Assembly: GCF_001194135.2 (NCBI RefSeq)
Contig: NC_068981.1
Location: forward strand, 126,164,191 to 126,228,190
DNA from: Octopus bimaculoides
Taxonomy: Eukaryota
Length of the DNA: 64,000 nucleotides
Direction: 5' to 3'
The notes below the pieces were generated by a model, which saw nothing but the letters and a program-made list of their open reading frames with translations, ran no database searches and had not been told where the DNA came from. Position numbers and translations under genes: made by a program. This document shows positions 1 to 11,650 of the stretch, one piece after another (the first letter of the stretch is position 1; each line of letters begins with the position of its first letter).

Positions 1-148
1 TTTCATTGTCTTTTGAATTATGAACATATTTACATCATAAGGGTTTTTTCGTTGTAAGGCTTTCTTTTTTAGTTGATTTTCACCTAGCAAGACTTATCGT
101 AGAAGGCGTAATAAGTCACACCGGGACAAGGTCGGGTTATACTGCTAG

Positions 149-387
149 TATGTATATATATATATGTATGTGTGTTTCTGTGTCTGTGTTTGTTCCCCCA
201 CCGTCGCTTGACAACCGATGGTGGTGTGTTTACGTCCCCGTAACTTAGCGGTTCGGCAAAAAGAGACCGATAGAATAAGTACTAGGCATCCAAAGAATAA
301 GTCCTGGGGTCGATTTACTCGACTAAAGGTGGTGCTCCAGCATGGCCACAGTCAAATGACTGAAACAAGTAAAAGAGTAAAAGAATT
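149..387 (+). mobile_element. SINE body and tail (family A), 5'-truncated, with (AAAGAGT)n-type tail
   Basis: Matches copies at 695-1090, 4617-5060 (-), 29975-30212 (-) and 41229-41690 across 'gcttgacaaccgatg..gtaacttagcggttcggcaaaagagaccgatagaataagtactaggc..ccagcatggcc.cagtcaaatgactgaaacaagtaaaagag'. Confidence 0.85.
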
Positions 388-694
388 CCATACATATTTT
401 GGCCTTATTAAGCCGCTTCAGAAAAGCAGATAATGAAAAATATTCAAACTAGGTAATTTGAAAACATGATAAGGAAAATTTTCCCAGGGATGCCTTTTAT
501 AGGATTAACTTTCTTAAAGTAGTGAGTAAAAAAAGGACAAAAAAAAAAAATCAATTAAAATTACACTTGAAATTAAAAGAAAATTCATTAGTGTTAATGG
601 TAACTCTTATCAAAACAAGGAAGACAAGGCATAAATTCAAACTGATTAAAAGCTGAAGTGGTGATACACTACAGATGATGATATAACTGGGGCA

Positions 695-1090
695 ATAAAA
701 CTCAGCTTGCTTACGAACCACATCGTTCTGGGTTCAGTTCCACTGCGTGACACCTTGGACAAGTGTCTTCTACTATAGCCTCAGGCCGACCAAAGCCTTG
801 TGAGTGGATTTGGTAGATGGAAACTGAAAGAAGGCTGTCATATATATGTATGTATATATGTGTGTTTGTATATATGTTTGTGTGTCTGTGTTTGTCCCCC
901 TAACATCGCTTGACAACAGATGCCGGTGTGTTTACATCCTCGTAACTTAGCAGTTTGGCAAAAGAGACCAATAGAATAAGTACTAGGCTTACAGAGAATA
1001 AGTCTTGGGGTCGATTTGCTTGCCTAAAGGCGGTGCTCCAGCATGGCTACAGTCAAATGACTGAAACAAGTAAAAGAGTAAAAGAGTAAG
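695..1090 (+). mobile_element. Near full-length tRNA-derived SINE (family A) with internal TA/TG microsatellite
   Basis: B-box-like 'gggttcagttcc', CORE-like 'accttggacaagtgtctt', internal microsatellite, shared body and AAAGAGT tail; multiple copies in the window. Confidence 0.85.
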
Positions 1091-1245
1091 AGAAATGTTT
1101 CTACAAATTTCATTGTGGAAATATACATATTTAGATATTTATAAGATTATTTGCAGAAAAGATATTATATTTGATTGGGTAGGTTGTGAATTAAGATTGA
1201 TTTATTTAATTTCTTGTACAGTTTGTAATTTTTAGCATAAGAATA

Positions 1246-1460
1246 CGAGGGGGTGCTGAAAAATTCCTGGCTTTAAGGGAATCATAAAAGTCTGGTTGGA
1301 GGCCCAACTTTCCGAGTTCTTTTACAGGGCTTAGAAAGACTGAAGGACTGCTGCAATAAGTGTGTGAATCAGAGAGTGGAACATGTTCAATTAAATCATA
1401 ATTAACTGATCCTCCTGTATTTTCTTTAACCAGAAGCCAGGAACTTTTCAGCATCCCTTG
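1246..1460. mobile_element. Tc1/mariner-type MITE (~215 bp)
   Basis: TIRs CGAGGGGGTGCTGAAAAATTCCTGGCTT / AAGCCAGGAACTTTTCAGCATCCCTTG; TA on the left, CA (mutated TA) on the right. Confidence 0.8.
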
Positions 1461-1769
1461 CACAAGAAGAGATAAAAAAAAATTTATACGTTTTTAAATA
1501 ATAGTTTGTATTGACCATAATTTATATTAATTAATATTCCTGAATTCATTTATTTAATTTTAAGTTGACATAGATTAGAATTAATATTGTTTTCATTAAT
1601 AAGATTCTTTTCATTGTTAAATGTCATTGAAATAGGAATTTATTCACTTCATTTACACTGTGTTGAAAATTTAGATAATTTAATAATTACATATAAAACA
1701 TGTATGTATATGATATATAAATAATACAAAACCACATTAAAATACAAATCCACAACTGAAGAAAACACA

Positions 1770-2460
1770 AAAAGAAACTGATGTTGACAGGTCTGCAAAG
1801 AATGGGAAAGAATTGGTAGCAAAGAATCATATCAGAAAGCTAAAAGGGAAACCAGATGTCAAGTCTATCGAGATAGGGCAGAAGCAGAAAGGAAGAGGTT
1901 TGCCAATGTCTTACAATGTGAAGATCAGAGACTTGAGGTGTTCTGGATTGCTAGACAGTGTATTAGAGACAATCAAGATATTGTGAGAGAGAAGTGTGCT
2001 TGGATTGATAATAGTATGCTTACACTTGATGATCTGGACAAGAAAGAGATGTGGAAAAGTTACCATGCAAGGCTATTGAATATGAAGAATGGGGCAAAGG
2101 GAGTCTCTCATGTGAACCCAACAGATGGACTAGTTATTCTAGCAAATGGCAGTATGGTAGATAAGGCAATTAAAGATATGAAAATAGGGAAAGCCCCTGG
2201 CTTATCTGGAGTCACTGCTGAGATGTTCAAAATATCTGGTAAGGCAGGATATGGGCTAGTCACCTGCATAGTTAATCAGGTTATTCAGAAAGGTATAATA
2301 CTCAGTAATTGGTGTAGAAACATTATTGTTATCTGCTACAAGGGTAAGGGAGATATCTTAGACAGGAGTAATTATAGAAGCATCAAACTTCTGGACCAGA
2401 TGATGAAAATATTGGAGAGAAATACAGCCCAATTAATTAGGAGCAGAATTAGAAACAACT
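1770..2460 (+). mobile_element. Degenerate RTE-clade LINE fragment (N-terminal RT region)
   Basis: ORF 1938-2462 has 'KAIKDMKIGKAPGLSGVTAEMFK..W..IIVICYKGKGDILDRSNYRSIKLL', the non-LTR RT motifs GKAPG.DG..AE and KGD...C.NYRPI.LL; paralogous to 27700-28140. Confidence 0.85.
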
Positions 2461-3077
2461 GATAAAAGTATAAATTGTATTGTCTGTGCTTTCAGGTAAT
2501 CATGTGATCTTTGGCATTAGTTGCTAATCATCATACATCAAGAGAGTCTATATAAAAGCTTTGTATACTGTCCTTGAAGTTTCTGACAATAACACATCAA
2601 CATGCTATATAGAACTCACAAAGCATTCATTCTAAAGTCACCTGCTCAAGCACAACACCTAACTGCATCACCAGTACTTGGAAAATGTCATAGCTGATTT
2701 GAAATATATTTGGAAACCAATAGATAAAGGAAAAATCACCAGCATTACCTAGGCATTAATAGATAAGGTATCAGCAGAAGAATACATCAAAGTACAGTGA
2801 CTTATCTTTTACAGAGAAACTTTATATCATTCATTCACTGCTCAAATCCTTAGTGTAAAAAATAAACTTATTTCAAGTTCCATAACATAACTTAAGTTCT
2901 TCATAAGAACATTAAAACAGAGCTTATTCAGACTTGATGAATAACAATTGACATCAATGGCCACATGTTTATATAAAAGAGTAGCAGATACAATTTAAAC
3001 TGTTATCAATCACCACTTCTTGGTCTGCTGATGTTTGCTGTTGGCCAGAGGACCAATTGAGTTGAATCTTGGTTCAG

Positions 3078-3258
3078 ATAGGGTGTTCCACAAAAATGTA
3101 TACACATTTTAATAGCTAATAATTCAGTTTTCATTTCCTTTTAAATTTAACCTATCAGAAATAATGAAGAAAACCAGACTAAGCTTTGAGCAAAGGAAAT
3201 TTATCTTAAAGTGTTACTGGAAATTTGGAAACACAGTCAAAGTGCAAAGATAGTTTAG
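3078..3258 (+). mobile_element. 5' end of a Tc1/mariner-superfamily DNA transposon with N-terminal transposase remnant
   Basis: TIR-like 'agggtgttccac'; 3165-3254 reads MKKTRLSFEQRKFILKCYWKFGNTVKVQR*, resembling the N-terminal HTH of mariner-like transposases; truncated by the following RTE. Confidence 0.55.
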
Positions 3259-3765
3259 GAGCTTGGTTGTGTGCCAGAGAGAAGTACTACCGATGTTCTC
3301 TTTCTAGTAAGAAAACCGTGGAAATAAGCTATTGTACTTGGCATTCATTGACCTGGAGAAAACTTTCAATAGGGTTCTTCACTCCATTATTTAGTGGTCT
3401 CTGAGGATGCTAGGAGTAGATAAGTGGCTTGTGAGAACCGTACAAGCAATGTACAGGGGTACTGGCAATAAGGTGAAAGTTAGTAACAAATATGCCAACA
3501 AATTTAGCATACAGGTAGGAATGCACCAGGGTTTGGTTCTCAGTCCCTGTCACCAACCATTCATCATAATCCTACAGGCTATAACAAAGTGATTTAAATC
3601 TGATTGTCACAGGGAACTATTATATGCAGGTGACTGTATTCTTATAGCAGAATCTGTGTTACAATCAGAAAAGATATTCCTGGTGTGGAATCAAAACCTG
3701 GAATCCAAAACCTTAAAATTAACTTAGCAAGACCAAAGTTTTTGTTGCAGGAAAACAAACCATAT

Positions 3766-3866
3766 GTGCAAACTATGGACACACAAGAGGTGCAAGCAAT
3801 GGACACACAAGAGGTGCAAGCAATGGACACACAAGAGGTGCAAGCAATGGGCACACAAGAGGTGCA
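3766..3866 (+). repeat. 24-bp tandem repeat x4 (GTGCAAGCAATGGACACACAAGAG)
   Basis: Four near-identical units; the segment is single-copy in RTE paralogues at 28697 and ~30226. Confidence 0.95.
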
Positions 3867-4015
3867 GTGGAATAATAGGAAGGTCAATGGAAAAAGCAGA
3901 CTTCATATGTCGCAAATGTGCAGGAGCAATAAACGCTAAGGACACATGGGAAATAGATTTTCTTAAGTGCCCAAGAGTTACCCTGGAGGTAGTAGATGGT
4001 CTTTGTTACTTAGGT

Positions 4016-4288
4016 CAGGGGTTTTCAAACTGTGGTTCGCGGACCACAGGGGGTCCGTGGACAGCAAATACTTTTTATGGGCAATTTGATTTTATATATG
4101 TTTTTTAATCGAAATCTTTTAATTGACAATAAACCTATTTGTTAAATACTGTTAAATAAATAAATGTAAAAATATGTTATTTTAAGCAAATATTTATGTA
4201 TAAATTTCATAAGCGTTTATAAGGGGGTCCCTAAGGTAAAGCCTGAAATATAAAGGGGTCCGCAAGTCAGAAAGTTTAAAATCCCCTG
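4016..4288. mobile_element. hAT-superfamily MITE, 273 bp, with intact 8-bp TSD
   Basis: TIRs CAGGGGTTTTCAAACT / AGTTTAAAATCCCCTG; identical ACTTAGGT at 4008-4015 and 4289-4296; removing it restores the RTE frame (YLG|D). Confidence 0.95.
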
Positions 4289-4616
4289 ACTTAGGTGATC
4301 TAATTTGCAGTCGAGGGGGATGTTCTGAAAGTATAGTTGCTAGAAAAATAACAGGATGGAGAAAGTTCAGAGAGCTATTACATCCATTAGTGACAAAAAG
4401 TCTTTCTCTCAGAGTGAAAGGAAGATTGTATGATGCTTATACACAGAAGACAATGCTACATGGTAGTGAGATGGGGGTCCTGAAAGCAGAGGAGATATGA
4501 AGACAAAAAAAACGAATAAAGCTAGTATTCTCTGTTGGATGTGCAACACCAAAATGTACAATAAAGTGAAAATGTATTGAGAAAAAACTGGGGATAAGAG
4601 GAATCAGATGTAGTGT

Positions 4617-5060
4617 GGTCATGCTGGAGTACCGCCACGTAGAGTTTTAGTCGAGCAAATCGACCCCAGGACTTATTTCTTAAGCATAGTACTTATTCTA
4701 TCGGTCTCTTTTGCCGAACCGCTAAGACACGGGGACGTAACCACACCAGCACCGGTTGTGAAGCTGAGGGGGGCAAACATAGATATATACATATATACAC
4801 AACGGACTTCATTCAGTTTCCAAATCCACTCACAAGGTTTAGGTCGGCCCGAGGCTACAATAGAAGAACTTAACTGTAAGTTCAGTTTCTTGGTGGGGAG
4901 GTTATCTTTTTTAATATTTAGGAACATCTAGGTGACTGCTCAGATTACCATTCAAAAAGAATTCGTACTGTCTTGGCAATTACTATCTAGGAATAAATGA
5001 AGGAGGGGACTGAACTCGGAACCTTGTGGTTCAGACGCAAGCTTCTTACCACAGAGCCAC
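4617..5060 (-). mobile_element. SINE family A copy, interrupted at 4867-5006
   Basis: Reverse complement of the SINE body (4617-4866) and head (5007-5060). Confidence 0.8.
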
Positions 5061-5746
5061 GTACATACACACACACATATTTATGTTTGTATGCATGAAT
5101 GCATGTGAAGGAGTTTATCCATAACAACAGTTTCGTATTTCTGTTGTAAATAAGTGTCATTACAATCTCTTTTCCATTATTCTTTCAAGCTAGTAATCAT
5201 TTTCTCTCTTGACCAAACTTTATTTAGGAAAATTAAATTTCACGTGTAGTTTATCTTCTCCATCCAAGTATAGGAACAAAGTTTAATACCAGCGTATCAT
5301 CAAAATGTATATATTTCAAGGATGGGATGATGTAAAATTGAAATACATAGAAAATTTGTTCAAAATTATATTTGAAGTAATTGGGAAATTTACAAGGATT
5401 AATGAAGCTGCTGTTTGAAGAAAAAATATGAAGAAACAGTGGCTTTCAGGGCAGATATTTATGAGGAAATGTATAATAAAACACTAATTCAATCATTCGC
5501 TTCAACTAAGAATTGAAATCGTGTCATGGACATATATTTTTTACCAATGACCCCCACAAGTAATTGAACTAAGCTTTCAATCCTTAATCAATATTAACCA
5601 ATAGTAACCTCATTCATTTATTCCTAGATAGTAATTGCCAAGACAGTACAAATTCTTTTTGAATGGTAATCTGAGCAGTCACTAGGTGTTCCTAAATATT
5701 AAAAAAGATAACCTTCCCACCAAGAAAGTGAACTTACAGTTAAGTT
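4867..5746. repeat. 140-bp inverted repeat pair (4867-5006 / 5608-5746), ~600-bp spacer
   Basis: The arms are reverse complements with only a few differences ('aacttaactgtaagttca..taaatgaa.gagg'). Confidence 0.9.
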
Positions 5747-6334
5747 TCTGGGGTACACTCATCCAATCACTTTTAAACAGTAACGTTACTGATTTACAAC
5801 TCAATTTCGACAACTTTGTTCCATGATCTCAATTCCGAAGGTTTAGGGGCTTAAAAATTACTTCGAGTTCAGCCCTTCCTTCCTATCAAATACAAATATC
5901 TAAAATTTCACACAAAAACATAATTAAAACCGATGTATCGTAAAAAAACAAAACAACAACTTTACAATAAGCTACTTTTTAATTGATTAAAATTTAACTC
6001 TCTCAATGGATCGAAATGTCAAACCTTTGTGTGTTTATTTATAAGTCCCTTTAATCCATCTAGAAAAGCATTTAGATTTCAGAGACACTTGTTCACTCCT
6101 CTTTCCTCACTTGTATATAAACAACAACAAACTATTTGGTTGAATGTTGAGAAATTAATTTGATTTCTTTTTTGATTCTGAATCAGATTTTAAAAAATAG
6201 ATATACGATTTTCATGTCATTCAGATATAAAATTTCGTATGTCTTAAAAAAAACATGATAAAAATTAAGAATTATTTGCGTTTAGTTACTACTTTAATCG
6301 GTGTCTGTGAATGTCTCGCTATATTTGTATGCTA

Positions 6335-6348
6335 CGGTCATGTGACCG
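6335..6348. promoter_or_regulatory. Near-palindromic E-box (CLEAR/M-box-like) CGGTCATGTGACCG, 9 nt upstream of the ATG
   Basis: GTCATGTGAC resembles the MiT/TFE/USF sites GTCACGTGAC/TCATGTG; lies in a local CpG-rich island in otherwise CpG-poor DNA. Confidence 0.5.
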
Positions 6349-6357
6349 CGCTTCAAG

Positions 6358-6490
6358 ATGTCCACTTCAATACAAAACAAGCTTAACCAACTGGAGCGGA
6401 GATTGATAGAGGAAAATACTTCCCGGGAAAGGGATCGAGCGAGGAATTTTGACACCGGCTCTTCCTCCGGTCCTCGGAGACCCAGTCGGC
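6358..6490 (+). CDS. Putative first coding exon of an unidentified intron-rich gene (MSTSIQNKLNQLERRLIEENTSRERDRARNFDTGSSSGPRRPSR, phase 1)
   Basis: ATG in caagATG context within a CpG/GC-rich patch; coiled-coil-like N-terminus; strong donor CGGC|GTAAGT at 6490/6491; downstream + strand becomes T-rich (intron-like). Confidence 0.7.
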
Positions 6491-8031
6491 GTAAGTTTTA
6501 TTGTTCGATTTTTGTTTATTTTAAAAATCACTGTGATTCTTATGAGTATAAACTGCACGGCACGGTACGAATGAGGTTTTTGGGGAAAAAAAACCATCCC
6601 CACCATCGCCACCTTCTATATAAGTCTCTATTAGCAGCAGCAGCAATTCTCTTCTGTTAATTCCCCTGCTGTTTATTTCTTTAGTTCTCTATCGATCATC
6701 AGCATCCCCTCCTCATAATAGTATTAATGAATTAATAATGATTATAGCCATAACCTGATGGGAAAATCTGTGTTAAGTTGGTCACAACTTCTTGGAAGTC
6801 TGTTAATGTGGTGAGACTTGTTAGAACTTCCACCACTTGCTTTGCTAATCTAATCTTTGTTTATTTGCGGACATTTTCCCCTTAATATTTGTTTAGCTTC
6901 AGACATCATTAACGTTCACTGAACACATTTGTTGATGTCTTAAATTTACATGCTGCCTTTTGTATTATTATTACTACTACTACTATTTTTTATTAAAAAC
7001 CTTTTACTTCCTGGAAACATCGGTCGGTGATCCTGATGGTTCCCACTCTTTCGTTCACAGAACTCTTCGGCGATTTAAGCGGCCTCTGGGTTTTACCGTG
7101 CCAAATTGATGTGGGTGTGGACATACATTTATACACCAACACACTGGTCACCAAGTGAGGAATCGGTGTATTAACTATTGAAAATTATACTTTCCCCACG
7201 TTAATAATTAATGTTCGGGATGTAACGTAGGAAAAAATAACAAATAAAAATAAACAAACTATCTCTACCATTTCCCCTCACTAATATACAGACCTAGTAA
7301 TTATATCGGAAAAGTTGGCTCCAATATTCTTTTGATCTATTTATAATATGAAGCTTAAAAAGAAATGGAAATTTAAGAAAAATTAAGTTAAAATGAATCT
7401 GAACTGTTGTAATTAATCAGCTTATCCTATTGTTTGTGAAGTATTTCTTTCTTTGTTACGAAAGAACTTTTTTTTAAGCTGTCCTCATTTTTTAAAAAAT
7501 TGTTAGTTTCGAGTTGTTTTCAAATGAAATGTCATGTATGGTTTAGCAGAACCAAAGTTGAAAGAATGATCTGATTCCTCACATAGTAACCATATGTCTG
7601 GCTGTGTGTCTGAATGTGTGATCTTACCAAAATGTAAGTGACTGACCATTAATGATTTGCCTTATAGTTTATGCTACACAACTTGGAGACATTTGCTGTG
7701 ATAGTGCCGTGGCCTTGATGTGGGAGGTTTATGTTTATCTTTTGTTTCTCTTCTCTCTTTTAGTTGTCTTTAAGTTTTTCTTTCTTTTCCTAATCTGTCC
7801 TCTTTATTTTATTATGTTTTGTTGTTGCTCTTGCACTGTGTGACTAGTTTAGTTGGCTTCAACGCGTATTTACAAATGGCGACTGCTCTACTCAAGGGAA
7901 GCGACTCTATCCCTCTAGTTTAATGTCCTCCCCTAGCATTATTTCGTACGGACTGTAGTCTAAACCATGCCTATCTTATATTATCTGATATATATATAAA
8001 TAAATCTAGACTATTAATTATTATACAAGTA

Positions 8032-8076
<45 letters not shown>

Positions 8077-8954
8077 ATGATTACTTGTATAATAATAAAT
8101 AGTCTAGATTTTTTTCGCAGTTTGAATCTTTGTAAGTTGATTTTGAAAATCTCATCTTGTTAATCGTTGTGTCTGTAAAATCGTAACATTGGTAAAGTTT
8201 ACTCATAGACCAGTGTTTATATTTTGAGTTTTATTTAGTTCAAGCTGACCAATATGAAGCTACTGTTCAATTCGTAAATTTACTTTCTCGGTCTGGTGTC
8301 ATTTTATTGATAGTAATTTAAGAATGTTAGTTGTCCCGAATTTCGTTTAATTGTGAATCCGAAAGTTTAAAGACAAATTCCTGTTATCTGTTGTTTTAGT
8401 TTGTAATTACTTTTTTTTTTAAACTTTGGTACACTTCTCTAATACACATTTCGAGCTATTTTCGTTCTCTGTATCATGTGGTCATATTTTTGGCTTCATA
8501 TTACTATTGTATTAATTGGTTGAACGAGCCTCTGTTAATTATATCTAATTAGATAATCTAAACGTTCCAATTCTGATCATGAAGATGATGTACCAGCATG
8601 GCCTTTAGCGGTGATAGTTAAAATAAACTAAAGAACATAAGTGTGCATCCATGGGAAGTTTGGTTTAAACTTTTAGCAGTTCACAAACAAACTGACTCAA
8701 ACCCAACGTGTCTTCTTGTCATATTTTATATTAGAAAGTACAGAGCATCATGTTTTTTTTTTATAAATCATCGTCGTCGTTGTTAGAAAAGCTGGTAAGG
8801 GTTTGATGGGTTTCCTGAGGCAGTGTTTTACAGCTAGACGCCCTTCCAAAGGAACATAATAGAAATGGAAAATTCATTGTAAATGTTTGTTTGAACCTAA
8901 AAGTTCATAGGACTGATATAAAGCGTTTGATGGGACTTCAGTTCATCATGTATA

Positions 8955-9155
8955 ATCATCATCGTTTAACGTCCGCTTTCCATGCTAGCATGGGTTGGAC
9001 GATTTGACTGAGGACTGGTGAACCAGATGGCTACACCAGGCTCCAATCTGATTTGGTAGAGTTTCTACAGCTGGATGCCCTTCCTAACGCCAACCACTCT
9101 GAGAGTGTAGTGGGTGCTTTTACGTGTCACCGGCACGGAGGCCAGTCAGGAGGTA
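8955..9155 (-). mobile_element. RTE LINE 3' terminal fragment with (GAT)n tail
   Basis: 'catcatcgtttaacgtccgctttccatgctagcatgggttggacg..ctggatgcccttcctaacgccaacc' is the reverse complement of the 3' end at 13660-13830. Confidence 0.9.
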
Positions 9156-9299
9156 CTTGAGTCAAATAATAAAGGAGGAGAGAGGTAGTTAACATTAAAG
9201 TAGTCTGGGATTATCCCAAGATTTGAAACTACATTACGTACAATTTTACTAGTAGGACATTTTGAAGGACAAGTGATTTTACCTATATTGGAGTAACTA

Positions 9300-10230
9300 T
9301 CTCCTTTGTCACCAGTACAGTTTCCATAGAATGAGATTTATTAGATACTTATTCTGTAATATACCAAAGGCTTCTTGCTCTTGAGTACTTTGACAAAGAC
9401 AGTGTCAATTATAAGAGCATTATAATCTTTGACCATGTTTGGAATGAATCTCTTAGTAAAGTTGCCCACTTATAGTTTTTCATCTGTGTCTCATGTTATG
9501 TATTGGAAGTTTCTATAAAATATTTTTGAATTGTAATCTCTCAAGTTTGGTGTATTCCAGGTTCAGCTATATATTCTATGCTCTTTCTTATGTATATCAG
9601 TAACTTGTTTGCTGTTATTTCTGATTACACACACACACACCTTTTTATATGATACCTCTCTTCACATCTTAAGCTTCTACATGCATATATCAGTCATCCA
9701 TGTGTAACACAGAAAATTCACTCCACAACTGAGTAGTTTCTAGAGAGATTTCTAAATCCTTCAGTGGTAGGCAATCTTGTTTTCTTCAAAGTAATCAAGA
9801 CAATTAAGGTAATAAGTTTTGCATTACTCCTCAAAGCTATCATGCCAGACATCAGTCTCTTTTGTAACCTCACATATAATAACATTGAAAAAATCAAATT
9901 CCAAAGATTAGGTTTCCAGAGCCAGGACTTAAGCATGGATCAGCTGTTGACTCTCTACAGTTCACATTAAAATACAACTCGTATATATGAGACTACTGCC
10001 ACTAGCCACACTAACATAATAGACCACATATAAAGCAAAAACGATGTAACTGACTGGCAAAATTTCACTCGTAGATTCTGCAGTCACTAATTGATAGAAT
10101 TACTTTTTTCTCCCTTTTCTGCTTCAACAGCTTCTGTTCCTCTGAACTTGGAAGTTTGATATCAACTTCATGCTGGGCCACTCACTGCACCAGCTTCTTG
10201 TAATCTTGATTCTTCAGATCTTGCATTAAC
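9300..10230 (+). mobile_element. Old CR1/L2/Jockey-like LINE RT relic
   Basis: Frameshifted translations 'HQYSFHR', 'DHVWNESL', 'GVF.GS...MLFLMYI' and 'DQLLTLY' mirror the RT motifs QYGFR, AFDRVWH, GVPQGS and QLLTLY. Confidence 0.6.
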
Positions 10231-11400
10231 CATTTGACCCTCTCAAAACTGCATGTTGTTTAACTTCTAGTTAATGGATAGCTTTGGTCAAAAGGGTTTG
10301 AGTTATGACTATCCCATCATTATTTTTTGCTCAGTGAATCTAGAGCTGTGTAATATTTCTTTAGTTACTTTTTCTATTCTGAGACTATAGGGTGTGGTTG
10401 AAGGAAATTTGAAAGCTATTTCTCTCAGTTGAATAACTGTATAGAGATTCCCATGTTAGTTTGTTTCATTCCCTTATTCTCCTCCCAGCAATAATCTACA
10501 GGAATTCAATTTGACTATTATCCTTGCCATGTGGAAAGGCCTGGAAAGGTAATGGGTTCTGCCTCTCCCCTCCTGACTAAACAGTAATATCTGCAAAAAA
10601 ATATGTTTTATAAGCTAATGGGCAATTGGGAAAGTAGATATAGATGAGTTGTTTCTGAAATCTGTTCAGTCCTTAGTTTAGGGAATGAAGAACAAACTGA
10701 TGATCAACAATATACTTAGTGAAGTACCAAAGTTTACTTGGAGCTCCATCCTTCTTTATTTTACTTCAAAGCTGTTACAAATTAGTTTAGGAATAAATGT
10801 AGGCACTTCAAATCAATCATGGTAATGCATACCAAGTTTGAAGTATGAAAGTTTGGGTTTCCAAAATCTATCAACGATTAAAGTTTCACAAAAATAACTA
10901 GTGCTGTTGTATAGACTACAGAAATTCAAAATTCAAGTTTGCTTGACTCTCTTACCACATGAGCCACTGGCTGTATGATGTCTGTGTCAGAAATGTGTTG
11001 CTAAATGTACCATTTTCATGTACTAGTGTTTGTAGAATGTTCGTGATGAAACTTGGTAAATTTATTGGGAATGAATGTACTATGGAAGAATTTTGATGGC
11101 TCTATGCGAACTTCTGAGATAAATTACGTGCAAAAGAATTGAAAAATGGTTTCAGTTTCAAATGAATGAGCTTACATATGCAAGGAAACCAAATACACTT
11201 GTGCAGAGGGATGACACTTTCTTTTTGAGATGATTGTAGAGTGTATATAAGTGAACGATATAAAAGACATGATAAAGGCTTAAGTAAGCATTAGAAAGCT
11301 AGAACTCTCGAATGAAAGGACACTGTTTGCAAATACTTGGAAAGATGGTGCATTGCAGATTTGTCCATCCTATGCCAATATGGATAAAATTGAAGAAAAT

Positions 11401-11650
11401 GAATACAAAATATGGCTGATGAAGAAGACGTAATTGGAGACAGCTATTTCATTAAGCTGAAAACATTATAAACTTTGAAATTCGCTGATATAATACATAC
11501 CAATTATTCTCCTCATATACAATGTACTTAGTGAAACCAAAAATGTTAATATTAAAAACCATTTATCCAATGAAAAGTTATACTTTATGGTAGGGTCAGT
11601 TCCAGCTCATACAATTCTTACTCAGCCCTTGACATGTCAGTAATACTTAA
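11401..11650 (+). repeat. ~250-bp local direct duplication, copy 1
   Basis: Aligns end to end with 14666-14912 with scattered substitutions and one 3-nt indel. Confidence 0.9.

Larger units (their letters stand above)
3262..4615 (+). mobile_element. Degenerate RTE LINE (RT core to C-terminal part), interrupted by a hAT MITE
   Basis: 'VLAFIDLEKTFNRV', 'GMHQGLVLSP', PHD-like CKLWTHKRC segment, 'VDGLCYLG|DLI..SESIVAR..GWRKFRELL'; collinear with 28170-28830 and 30216-30745. Confidence 0.85.

Noticed and set aside
3766-3866. CRISPR-like regular repeats (also the 66-bp units at 62590-62870)
   Set aside because: Head-to-tail repeats without unique spacers, no cas genes, eukaryotic TE context.
6358-6490. 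Gene-name assignment (weak resemblance to OXR1/NCOA7, EFHD or PKG-type N-termini)
   Set aside because: Only a few scattered residues match; no diagnostic domain is visible in the window.
6491-6660. Continuation of the 100-aa ORF 6358-6660
   Set aside because: A strong GTAAGT donor sits at 6491; the downstream translation is low-complexity intron-like text.
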